Shown here piece after piece: positions 1 through 13,900 of a stretch of 64,000 bases of DNA. The DNA comes from the human T2T-CHM13v2.0 reference genome, Homo sapiens. The stretch lies in assembly GCF_009914755.1 (NCBI RefSeq), contig NC_060932.1, one strand, 5' to 3'. Made by a program: the position numbers and the translations under genes. Positions within the stretch are counted from its first letter, which is position 1. Each line of letters begins with the position of its first letter. Below the pieces are notes generated by a model. That model ran no database searches. It was not told the DNA's origin and saw only the letters and a program-made list of their open reading frames with translations.

Positions 1-4
1 GTAA

Positions 5-402
<398 letters not shown>

Positions 403-947
403 AGGCATCCCACTCTTGCCTTTAATTAGCAGAGTGCTCCTGATGCACGCAGGACTTCCACGCTTGCTGCTGTTTCTCTTGTTCAGGGAAACTCATCCTT
501 GTTCTTTAAGCTGCACATTTATGAGGCAGCTGGCCCCTGCCAAAAGGACCATCATTTTCATTAAAGGTCAAAGCCAGCACTCAGGATATTAAGAACTTCA
601 AATGAACAAACTGTGTTCCTCTGGCTTCATCAGCATTTTATTTTTACCCTTGGGCATGGAGAGATGGACAACCAGAAGAAAGTGGCATCATTTGATGCCC
701 TACATTTGTTTAACTACAGGGAGGGGAGGCAGAGAGGGAGGAAATGGAGAAGCAACCAGTTTCTGGTATCACAAGTCTTCACAGAGATCAGACTCTGTTC
801 ACACGAGACAAATATCCCCTCTCCAATCATTAGAGACCCTGGTCACACATAAGTCACTGAGCAGCGTCCTGATACCTTATGTTAGCCTTGAAAATGGCTG
901 CAAAACACAAACTTTTTTGCCTGTGCCATTTACAAGATCATCTCAGT

Positions 948-1492
<545 letters not shown>

Positions 1493-2611
1493 TTAAGCTG
1501 TGAAAATAGGTTCCTTAGGACAAAGGTAAAAGAACTTGAAAAGATATTCAAAAATAAACCCATAAAGCCCCCAAAAAAGGAAGTACAACTTCCCTTTTGC
1601 TACAATGGCAATCCTAACAACTCATTTTAATCTTCAAGGAAGAGAAAAACATGCAGAAAATTTCCTGTGTGGTTTTTTTTTTAAAAAACCTGTTTTATTC
1701 AGCTACTGTATACAGCTGAGTATGTAATGAATAACCCAGCTGGTGTTTACGGGACAGCTAATACTGCACATTCAGCAAATGCTAGGTAGGGTCAGCATCA
1801 CATTTTTGGAACACACCATTGTGCCCACACACAGGGTGGAAGACACTGCAAACTGTTATCAGATGATAATCTTCCAGCCAATCTCCCACTTCTCAGTCTC
1901 TCCCACTTCACGACTTTTCAAAAAGCAGAGGAAACAAAACCACACACAATCCTACCACCATCTGGCGGCTTCAGACCAGCAAGCATGAGATTCTGGCATG
2001 CACCGTACTGGCAGCCACAAAGACCAATATTCCTCTTTGTTGCTGTTTTAAAAGCAAAGCGAGAATGGTAATATGGAAACACAAAAACACGGACACGCTC
2101 ACACTATGGGAAAACCATATTAACAGCAAACACATTCCGACAGGGAGGCTTCCCTGTCTACGTTTTGGATGGAATGGTGTCTGGTTGCAACACCCTGTGG
2201 GGGTGTCACCTGGGAAATGCCAGCTGTCTCCCCGACATCTGCCACCATGAACCCCCCATTGCCATGGTCTGCCTCTGCTGCATGGGCACAGAAAGATGCT
2301 CCTGCTGAAGCCAGGTCTGAGCGACTCGATGACGCCAGCTCCTGCCAGCGAAGCAGCTGTGGCCTGATGCAGAAACCACATGTCATTTTCTTAGTTCACA
2401 AAATTTAACTGTCGGGTAGATAAGATGCTCACAGTATCTGGATCAGGGATTATCTCCCAGTCAGCCTTCTTGGGTTGTCAGGTAATTCAGAAGGTGGCCA
2501 GATGAATATGGAATCAGAATCAGGGAGTTAGTGTTCTAGGGATCAGAGTAAGAGCCTGCTACATCTATCCCTGACAAAGGGATGGCTCTAAGCTGGGACT
2601 CTGCGGAGACA

Positions 2612-2715
2612 GCCCTCGCACTGCCTCCCTCCCTGCCCTCTCGCTGCCTCCCTCCCTGCCCTCGCGCTGCCTCCCTCCCTGCCCTCTCGCTGCCTCCCTC
2701 CCTGCCCTCTCGCTG
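2612..2715. repeat. 23-bp minisatellite, about 4.5 copies
   Basis: Unit ctgcctccctccctgccctctcg at 2621, 2644, 2667 and 2690. Confidence 0.95.
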
Positions 2716-3026
2716 GGCTCCCGTTGGAGATCAGAACTCCCTGTGATAAACATCTATCCTTGAACCCGCTAGCACCTAAAATCAGGTTTCATGCATGTGT
2801 CACTGGCCTAAGAGCTACTTTATTCCTTTAAGAGGTTTCTGTACATCCCCAAACTATGCCAGAATATAGCGACTTTATCATCTCTTAGGAGGTAATCTTG
2901 CAGTTTTTCATATTATTAGGAATAGCTCCCATTTACTGAGTGCTTGCAACATGACAAACCCTTGCAGGAATGTTGTATTCATTTTTTTAAAATCTCATTA
3001 TACTCCTCTTATAGGTACCATTATAA

Positions 3027-3522
<496 letters not shown>

Positions 3523-3534
3523 AAAGTAGGTATC

Positions 3535-3660
3535 ATTATCCTCATTTTACAGATGAGGCCAAGGGTACTCAGAGAGGTTAAGTAACTTGCCCAAGGTCAC
3601 ACAGAATTCAGAATTTACATCCAGGGCTGAGTCGATAGCTAGAACTTTCAACCACTCCAT
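3535..3660 (-). mobile_element. MIR SINE fragment
   Basis: MIR core attatcctcattttacagatgagg ... gttaagtaacttgcccaaggtcacacag. Confidence 0.9.
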
Positions 3661-5482
3661 TCTTGGGGGCATCTCACTGTTGCCAGGACATTACCAACAG
3701 AAACATTTGGCAGATAGGGAATTAGGTTTTCTTCCCCCACCCCCGATCCTATAACTGGGAGAAAATAAGAGCCCTTCCCCCGAACATCTGTTTTATCAGC
3801 CAGATTCAAACCGTGCTGTCGCCACTTCCTCGCTCAACTGTGTACAGTTGGCCGGTCTGCATCCAAGGCCATGAGTTCAGGGTGGACATGTACTGTCAGG
3901 CTTCAGCAGGAATCACCTCCTGCCAGCTTCCTTTGGCAGGGTACACTGCTTATTCATGCAGAGGACCCCTCCTTATTTGCCAGGACAATCTATCCTGAAA
4001 TCACCCTTTCAGCCACTGACTCCCCTCCGCAACCCGTCTTAGCAGGAGGCATCTTCAGGACAGCTTCCCAGGGATGGCCCTGGGAATCATGCTTAGCTGA
4101 ATTCAGGATCCTGTTTTCTAGAAACTGACGTTTTAGAAACAGCTTCAGACATAGAAGGAGCTCAACAAACGTGAGTAAGTGGAACCAGGCAGACATGCCA
4201 AGCTTCGCGTTCTACGCTCGTAATATTTGCTCTTCCTCGATTCTCTCCTGGCTCCTCCTCATCCCTCTTCCCCATTTTTACTGCACACCTTTACTGAGTT
4301 AAAGTTCTAGAGGAAAAGTGGCTGCAACTAAGCCAAGACTCTATCAAAGGCCCTTGAGGGATACAGGCCAGGGACAGAGGATGCATTCTGCAGTTGATTT
4401 CCCGGCCAAACTCATCTGGGGTCATTTAAACTAACTCGTATACTATCTTCTTCTCCTCCTCTCTATCTCTTCAATTTCTATCTCAAGTCATACCTTCCCC
4501 AGATGGTTTCTGAATGAGTGTCTGGATGGTTTCTGATCTAAACAGAGTTTTTAAAAAAGGAATTGAAATTCTAACCCCGGAATAGCAAACAAGAGGCTGG
4601 CTTTTACCATTCAACAGAGAAAGCAAGTATGAGGCTTGCGCAGGAGAGAAAGCAGCACCGTGACACGACCAAAGTGCCCTTGAGTCCCTACAAGCTAGAC
4701 AAGCCCGAGCCTCCCAGCCTCCATCTATTCAATGGAAGGGCATAACTGGTTTTAGTTTCTAGCTCCCAAATCGAGTCTCAGGTCAAGCAGTGGTAATGTG
4801 AATCCAAAAACTATTCTCAGTAGGTCTAAAAGCCTCTTTACTGCTCAGGCTAACTTAAGCACTCACAGTCCTTTGCTTTCTGTTGGAATTATATAAAGCC
4901 CGATAAAAATGACCCCAGGTTAACAGTTATTATATATCTCTACAGAAAAGGGGGGGCTTAATTATTACTTAAAAATGTAATTTGTTCGGTAAATAAGATT
5001 TTACAAAGCTTGAGGTAGGTCAGTAGAGATTGGTAACGTGGAGAGTCCTCAGTGGTTAGAAGCCACTGCTGGAAGTGGAAGATAAAATGTGTATTCCCAA
5101 AACATTTTCCCAGTCTTGCCCAATTACCATGAAAATGGGACATGATTCTAGCACCCTGATGACCTTCTGAGGTTAAACTAAACTGCTCTGTATTAGATGC
5201 CCCTCTGAGAGCTGGTCACATCATGTAATGAAGACTTTACTAGATAACTCAAGCCACTCTGGTTCCTCTTCCAGTTCTCCTTCTCCTGCACTGTTTTCTT
5301 CCCCACACCCACTTTATTAACTGTGTTCTTCTAACAAAATGCAGATAAGAATAACTACCAATGAATGACTGAAACCTGACTGTGGCTCAGTCATCAGTTA
5401 GGAAGTTGCCAGAAGGCAATGGGATTGTGGGACACAGGGGCTGACCACATGTCCCATGGATGAGCACTGGAGCCAGGGTAAC

Positions 5483-5528
5483 ATCATGGCCTCGCCTCCT
5501 CCAGCAATATCATGGCCTCGCCTCCTCC
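5483..5528. repeat. 26-bp-period tandem duplication
   Basis: atcatggcctcgcctcctcc at 5483 and 5509. Confidence 0.9.
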
Positions 5529-5974
5529 GACAAGGTCATTGCCCAACTGCAGAGAACCAGTAGGGTCTGGTTTATCGCCACTGTATTGTGCATGTTCAGG
5601 TTGCCGACATCTTTTCAAGCAGTGGGCCTGAGTGTTCCTTCCCACTGCCCTGGGGTATGATGGGGGTCCTAATTCCCAACCCTTAAGGCCTATGCAAACA
5701 GCTGTTTCCTTGTTTTTTATGTTAGTTACTTTTTTAGAATGAGCTCTTCATAGACAAAGGCAAGGATGGTAAATCAGTTTATCTCTTGGGCTAATTCTGA
5801 TCAGGTGTATGGATGCCTGGGGCACTGTGTGGAGGGTGCTGTGGGCAGCTATGCGCTAGATGGAAAATGGATTGGCTAGTTCAGCTAGTAATGTCTGCTA
5901 CAACCGCAGGACAGTGGAAGGATGCAGACTCTGTATTTGCTACCCTGGGCCTAGGATCTCAAAAGAGAGCTCAA

Positions 5975-6140
5975 GACACAACTTATTAAACTTCAGTATA
6001 CACAAGGATCACCAGGAAATTGTGCTAAAATGTAGATTCTGATCCAGAAGGTCTAGAGATTCAGCATATCTGACAAGTTCCCAGAAGATGCTGACTTGCT
6101 GCTAGACTACCAACCACACTTGGAGTGAAAGGGGCTAGAA
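5975..6140. mobile_element. MER5-family hAT relic
   Basis: ggatcaccaggaaattgtgctaaaatgtagattctgatcc ... caagttcccagaagatgctga ... accacacttggagtg. Confidence 0.7.
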
Positions 6141-7495
6141 TGTTTCACCAGCCAGAATACTTTCCCCAGCTCCCTGAGAACATCATCACCACACAGAGCC
6201 CCTGCCAGGTGAAATCCAGCTGACGGGATGTCCTGAGACAGTAAATATGACTGTTTGCCAGTTGCACCACTAAAGGACACAGGGTCTGCTGCTGGGACAG
6301 TCTCCTGCTGATGAAGCTTCTCCACCCCTCGCCTTAGTGTCCCATCCCAAACCACACTCTTCCATTTAACCAGAGGTCCTCCTACCAACGAGTGAAATGG
6401 CAACCCCGGTCTAGAGGAAAGGGAGAGCATGGGAGGGCTGACAACGTCTCAGGGCAAAGTGGCTCGACAGCAGAAGAGTTAAGGGTCAGAAAGAGTCCCT
6501 CGGTTCCCACCTGCTCCTATCTTTCCCATGTCTAGGACATTCACGTAACCTTCAGAGTGACTTGGTATAAAAAGGTGGGCAAGGAGTAAGCTTTTATCTT
6601 CTCCCTTGCAGAGGATTAGAAGTGGTTCAGAGGCCTCCAGTCCTTGCAAATAGGATGGGATGCCTTTGTTCAAAGGCAGGGAAGGAAAGAGAGACTAAGG
6701 GGACCAAGTGCATTCTCACACTTAATGCGCTGTCCTGGGCTTACTGCTCCACGGGCCTGTGTCCTTCATTAGACAGCGACCACCTTGGAGGAACAACTAC
6801 GTGTGAGCCATTCCTGAATTCTCAGTATCTAGCAAAATGCATGACTTAGAATAAAGACTCAATTGATGTTTGTAGATAAAGGGGAAAGAGTTTTAAACTT
6901 GGACACTATCCTATTCTGAAGAGCAGGTACTCCTGACATTTTGGCAGCTGAGCTGACTCTGAGCTCCTGGGGTGGGGGGAAATGAGACATTCTTCATACA
7001 TATCAGACTCACCCATGGATCCCCTCTCCCTGGTGATGTGCAAACAACAGGGACAGGAGATCTGGACCATAAAGCTGTGAGCTCCGGGAGGCCTGCCTAG
7101 TTTGTGATTCAAGGTCATCTAGGGAAAGAACATATGTAACTGCTAATCTAATAAAGGATATTTAGATCAATCCTCAGCTTTTCTGCCTGCCTGTCAAATA
7201 AAATTAAGTATATGAGCACCTACTATGTGCAAGGTATTAACAATAGGATCGTGATTCTTCTTCCATATTAGACATGCACAAAAGAAAAAAATGAAAACAA
7301 AACAACGAATCAAGTCGTTTTATTTTGTGACATGGGGCTGATACAGACCTCAAAAGTACCCATCAGGCTGGAACCGGGCCCATTAAAATGCTCACAGTAC
7401 TCAAGACATATTTTTTTAGAAGATAATTACTAACAATCTCTGAAGCTTCAGGTCCCCTTATATGCTACAAGAAAAGCCTTCGCGGGAACAGATCT

Positions 7496-7509
7496 GTTGC
7501 CATGACAAC
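7496..7509. promoter_or_regulatory. RFX X-box motif
   Basis: GTTGCCATGACAAC, one mismatch to GTTGCCATGGCAAC; GC-box gggcgggg ~25 bp downstream; motif match only. Confidence 0.45.
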
Positions 7510-9650
7510 AATCACTTGGCTGCGCATAAAGAAGGGCGGGGAACCTACCAAATGGTATTCTCAACAGTCAGCCCTGGGATTTCTTAAAGCCACTTTCTAA
7601 AGAACCGTCAGCATCTAGGAGAATCTAAAAGCTGCATGAGACCTTAGGGGTAACCTAGTTTCACATGACACCAGAATTTCTTCTTTATCGTCCCTGCCAA
7701 ATAGTCATCTGGACTCAGTTGAAACATCTCCAGGACCAGAGAACTTGCTCCCCTTCATGCCAGGAGGAAGATGGTAGGGAGCTTTCTTCAATCATCCCTG
7801 GAGTGAGGTGAACAGAGGTACAAGAAGGGAGGGAGTAATTACCTGAAGAACCTTCCCCTTTCCAAGCAGCAGGTTTAGGCTCTGGCAATGCCTGCCATGA
7901 GCTCAAGGAGCCCAAACGAAACAAAAAAATGCCTGGAAGGTAACTTCTCCCAGGTCTCCAATACAGAGCTAGTTTCCAATTCTAGCCATTCAATGCCACC
8001 TGGAAATCCATGGTTGTCACTGTTATGCTACATGGAAACAGCACCAAGGACCCTGGTGGTATTCCATGAACCATGTGGAAGGCTGCATGGGGAAACCCAC
8101 AGCCAGGTGCCTTGTATCCACATGCTGTAGAAACAGTGCACGTGCCTGAGTACACATGTGCACAAACCCACCAGACAGACCCCCCCCCCCCCCCCAGCAT
8201 GTGACTCAACAGTCACCTCTGTAGAGCATCACTAAAGATGGCTTCTCCCAGGGCCCTGCCCATCAATTATCTTTTGAGACAAATGCACATGGATTCTTAG
8301 GTAACTCACAGGGGAATATATTTGTATAGACCAAGATTGGGAGAAAGAGCCAGGGGTGAGCTGGGGGGATTGCTGGGTAAGTGACGTACATCACAAAAGT
8401 GGATACAAGCCCCACTGAAGGAGAAGTAAATACCTTGCCCATGTGTTGCTGCTACAAGGAGCGGCGTGACCTGTGGAGGAGACTTTCAGGCCCAGCCGAC
8501 CTGAACACACGACCTCCAGCTGTCAGCTGGCATCCCCCCATTACAGTGAGGTTCCACCAAGACAGGTGCCTGGGATACTCTCCTACAGGCCTACTTCCAT
8601 TCTGTCCATGCAGAACAGACCCTCGGCTCCCTTCAATTCACCACGTCCCTCAGCTCACCACCCACCTCAACACTTTACAGATGGCCTTTAGATACCATCG
8701 GCATCTTTCAGTAATCACTCCGGGCTGACACAGTGAGACCTGGGACCACCATCCTGAACAAGCTTAATGGCCCATTTCATATGAGAAAGAGAATCAGAAA
8801 TATTAAAAGGAAATACCCTGTTTTTAAAACTCCAGTTTACTTAGTACCTTATCAGTAATGTCTACCATCCCAAAAGAAGACTGGAGAAATAAAACAGATT
8901 TGCATGACGTAAAATGATCTTGATCTCAGACACTCAAGCGTATTTGCACAGAAGCAGATTTGATGTGAAGATGGCACCTGTGAACAGGGACCTCCCCAGA
9001 ACCAACGCTTACCCCAGGGACAGCTCTGCTGCCTGTGGGGCTCACAGAACGCCAGAATGCAGCCCCTGGGCTTTTCTACCAAGGTTCCCAATCAGGAACC
9101 CAGCACTCATTTGGGGAAGAACCTAGCAAATAATCTTAATGGTACTTAATTAGCAAACTTTAAAGTTTCAGGCAGGAATTATCTGCTGCAGGAATTAGTA
9201 TCGATTTGGTGAGCATCCTACAGGGGTGACATTGGACCACTCCCAACAGTTTCCCCCAGCAGTAACAACTGGGGAAAAAAGAAAGCACAAAGAGCAGCTC
9301 CTGACCACAAGGCAGAGGACAAAGAGTGGGGCAATGGCAGGAGCAGACACATCCTCATTACAGAAAAGAAGCCAGGGTCGTCCCCAGCTGTGGAACTGGC
9401 AGCCGCCATTTCCAGATGACTGCACATGCCCACAGGAAACGGCACAGGCAGGGTAGTCATTAGGAGAGAAGAGATTTGCATTCACATAACTGAGAAGACA
9501 AGCTTGCAGTCCCTGAGATGCTGGTTTATTTTAGGAGACAATTACCCAGTTGTTACAAAGCTGAAACTGACCTTTCAGGTAGAAATCTTGGCATCAGGGA
9601 TCTTCTTGTCTTAAGCAGGAAAAACTGAGATTTTAAAGACCAAGTTTAAA

Positions 9651-9651
<1 letters not shown>

Positions 9652-9714
<63 letters not shown>

Positions 9715-9738
9715 GAGAAAGAGAGACAGAGAGAGAGA
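9652..9738. repeat. (TG)~28 microsatellite followed by a GA-rich tract
   Basis: Uninterrupted TG run 9652-9708, then gagagagaaagagagacagagagagaga. Confidence 0.98.
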
Positions 9739-10961
9739 AACACAAAGAAACACAAGTGAACCTAACGGCAGGGACAGATTTCATCACCAGGCAATACTAG
9801 GTCACTAGATTAACACTGAATTGTATTCAGCCCACAAACAAACATTCGAAAGCAGATTAAGAACTGTTGTGTTGGAAAACGAGATTAAACAAATCCCATT
9901 TTCTTATTTTTTTTAGGTTCAAAAGACTGAAACCCATCAAGTGAATTAAGTAAATAGGACAACCACCATCCAGCCCCACTAAACAAGTGGACAAATTCCG
10001 TAGGCAGGCTATCCCTGCAAATTTCAGTTCTCAGAAAGCAGAGCACGGTGCTATGACAGGAAAAAAGGTCTCAGGGGCATTTCTGTGGCCCTAGAAGGAT
10101 GGCCTATTTCCTGAAGGTATGCATCTATACCTAGGCTGTCTCTCAATACACTCAGCCGCCCGAGGACCATCTTACAGATGAGGAGCAAGACTCAGAGAGC
10201 AGAACAATTGGCTCAGGGCAACCCACCGAACAGGAGTATACCACAGAGGTTAAGATTCAGGGTTCTGGAGCTGGATATCCCTGGTCACTGTTCCAGCTCT
10301 CCCTCCAACCAATGGTATAACCTTGGGTGACATCTACTCTGAATCTTTGTTTCTTCATCCAACAGGAGCTGCTCCACAGTGTTATCAAGGATTGAATGAG
10401 ATAATCCAAGTAGGATGCTGAGTGCCAGGCCCTGTGCACACGTAGTCAGATCATCATGCAATTAACACGCAAACCTACAGCTGTCTTATTCTAGACCTCT
10501 TCACTGCCTTTGTGTGCACAGCTTCATGCAACAAAAGACTCTCAGCTAAATCTGGTTTTGGATTTACTTCTCAACTCATTGCAAAATGTATTTGAGTTTC
10601 CTGTTTCATGTATCAACTCCTATGCAGAAATGTGTGTAACAATTGGGAGGAGAGTATCACTGCCTCCAAAGACAGCTACAGAAAGGTCCTTCAAGCCTAT
10701 GGGGGCTGCTACGTACAGCTCCACAGGTAGCTGACTGCACAAGTCTAAGAGAATGCTATTTCCATAGACAATGAGTCATGGGCATCCTAAAGTCTGGTTT
10801 CTACCCCAGTCAAATCCAGAATGAGATCTGAGTGGAACTGAGTCATGGCACTGCCTGCTCTGCTGCCCCATCCCTTTCTTTCCTTTTGTTTTCCCTGTTG
10901 GTAAACTTCAAACTACATTAATTTGTTCTCAGCCACAGCAAGGTTTAAAAGTTAGGGATAT

Positions 10962-11337
<376 letters not shown>

Positions 11338-11889
11338 CTACTGAAACCTTGCTCAATTGGAGGCCAGGAGCTAACACCAGGACTTGTCACATTTATAAAA
11401 ACAATCACACATTAAATTCTCAGGAGGTTTTACTCATCTGAGAGTGAGGCCGCAATACCATTTCCCTCTCCTTTCTAAGGGATGGGTGTGTTTCTTTTCC
11501 CAATGTGGAGACAGGGGACACTCACCTTTGTCCTCATCATGGGCATGGAAAAACCATCTCTGATTTCCAAACCAGTGGCAGAGCCACCAGCAAAGGCCAA
11601 CTTCACAAAGAGGCGCAGGATCCAGAAGACTATGCTTCAGCTGTTTTGGAAATGGGTATGTTTTTTCCCCAAAGAAACAATGTCATGAATGGTAGTTAAG
11701 TTCTCAGGCTGGCCTGCAAACTTAATCCATTATATACCCGCATCAGATGCTACTGAACCTGACCATGTCCCATAACAATGTTTCTATAGGAAAGAAGTAC
11801 CCAATTTCAACCTGGGACATGGATTTTAGTGACAAGGGGAAAAGGGCAGGGGGAGGAAAGGAAGAGGCTCCTGCCTTTGAAAGAATGAC

Positions 11890-12375
11890 ATATTTTATGT
11901 GTTTACTAAATCATCCATACCTACCATGCACAGACTCTAGGGTTAGTCAATAAAATAGTCCTTGCCCTAAAATAAACACAGGCACAGTGGTACAAAATGA
12001 CAGATAAACAGTACTGGATGACACAATGTGATAGGAGGAGATCAAGAAGGGCTTGTCTAAGCTGAGATGGAAGGAAGACAGTGTATGTTGGAGGTTCCAG
12101 AAGGCGGGAAGATGCAGCGGTCCAGATGAACAGAAGAGCACGTGCAAAAAAGGCCTGGCAGTACAAGAGAACAGTGCGTGCCTGGAGGGTCTCTAAGGAG
12201 TCCAGTGTGGCCAGAGTGCCAGGGATGTGGCATGGCAGTGAGAGGATTAGGCTAGAGCAAGAGAGGCAGGAGGAGGCCAGGCCTGGAAATGGCTTCAGGA
12301 AAGCCATGCTGGGGGGTAGGCAGAGCTCTCACCCCAAGGCAAATGGAGAGCGGTGGAAAGGATTAAAAGTTAGGG
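11890..12375. mobile_element. L2 LINE fragment
   Basis: Typical L2 sequence: agaagagcacgtgcaaaaaggcctgg ... ccagtgtggccagagtg ... ggaaaggattaaaag. Confidence 0.7.
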
Positions 12376-12812
12376 ATGTGGCCACGAGGTGGAAGCAACC
12401 CAAATATCTGCTGGGGATGAACAGATAAACATATACATACAATGGATTATTCAGGCCTAAAAAAGGAAGGAAATCCTGACACAGGCTCCAACACTGGATG
12501 AGCTCTGAGGACATAATGCTAAGTGAAATAAGCCCGCCACAAAAGGACAGATACTGTGATTCCACTTCCACGAGGTGTCTAGCAGAATCACACTCACAGA
12601 AACAGAAAGGAGAATGGTGGTTATCAGGCACTGGGGGGAAGGGGGAAAATGCGAGTTGCTGAATGGGTTCAGAGCTTCAGTTTTGCAAGAGGAAAAAGTC
12701 CTGGAGATCTGTGGCACAACACTACAGAACTCTACACTTGAAAATGATTAAGACGGTATATGTTATATTATGCACACTCTACCACAACTAAAAATTAAAA
12801 TTTTTTTAAAAA
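12376..12812 (+). mobile_element. Old L1 3' end (L1MB-like)
   Basis: ggaagcaacccaaatatc ... atgctaagtgaaataagcc ... gagcttcagttttgcaaga ... A-rich end. Confidence 0.88.
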
Positions 12813-13855
12813 CCAATGATCTCATTATAGCTTTGGTTTCTATTCTGGGGATGATTCTGGAGGGGAAACTGAGGCAAGAACAAGCAGTGCCTCCTTCCCT
12901 AACCAGATCAGCCTAGAACTACTGGTGGCCCTAGAACCAGCCGTTCAGGATCACAGGAGGAAGGGCTGAGGCCAGCACCCTTCTCCGTGCCCCAGACGCT
13001 ATGGCTATTATGGCAGCCGGGCCCCATGGCCTTCGACCTTCAGGATTCTCCTGCTTCCTCCTCAGCATCACTCTTCCCTTTGCCACCATCAGTGGTGACA
13101 CCAGCACAGATCCACACGGCTCTGGGCCACCTCCGCCTCCAACTGAACCAAGAGTGCAAGTTCATGATGCCAAATTCAGGGCACAGATAAACCAAACCAA
13201 CACATTCAACATGAACATGCAAACGCTCTGCTGTGATGTCAGAAGAGGCCTAATATCCTACGCTTCAGCATGCAACAGACAAGATTCCACTGCAACAAAC
13301 TGCAAAGGACAGCCTATGTTTATTTGCACTGGATTTGCAGGGAAGCTGCTGGAAGTAAGACCCTTGACCCAGGCATCTTCTCATGAGGTTTTTGTCATTG
13401 CTGCGGCTGTTGTTAAGTGTGCTTGTTTCAGGCAGTAAAAAAAAAAAAAAAAAAAATCAGCTTTATTACTTGAGCTCAGCCCACCAATATGCTTCAGTAT
13501 GTTCTGACATCCTGCCCATGGCTAGATTATGTGACCCAACCCCCATATGTCAGTGCTGGGCAGAGGAAAAATAAAAGCAAACAAGACTGTCCCTGCTGTC
13601 AGTCCAGGTCTCACCAGAGAGTGAGACACATAAGCAGACGGAAACGGATAGTTCCCAGGTATTAGAGTAGAGGAACACAAAACATAGGAGAGAAAGGGAT
13701 CCTTTGGACTCCCCCACATTCTTCAGCAACTTCCCTGTCTGATTCTGAAGTGATTTCTGTTGCTACAACTTAGAACCTAGACTGACAGTATCAGGGACAG
13801 AACTAAGCCCTTCTCAATTCACTCCTTGAGCAACGAGGCACTCACTTGTTGAAAT

Positions 13856-13900
13856 CTTCAGATTATGAGACTGACGTGCTACCTACTGCGCTAAGGAGGC
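13856..13900 (-). pseudogene. 3'-truncated (5' ~45 nt) elongator tRNA-Met(CAT) retropseudogene, tailless
   Basis: Minus strand GCCTCCTTAGCGCAGTAGGTAGCACGTCAGTCTCATAATCTGAAG matches the tRNA-Met 5' acceptor strand, D-arm and CAT anticodon arm; T-arm and 3' stem absent; flanked by a 19-bp direct repeat. Confidence 0.9.

Noticed and set aside
5483-5528. 26-bp-period tandem duplication as a functional element
   Set aside because: Ordinary slippage duplication with no further signal; listed as a repeat only.
9652-9708. (TG)n as a novel Z-DNA or TDP-43 element
   Set aside because: Common microsatellite; no adjacent exon identified to implicate a function.
13856-13900. Functional tRNA-Met gene
   Set aside because: Lacks the T-arm/B-box and the 3' acceptor strand.
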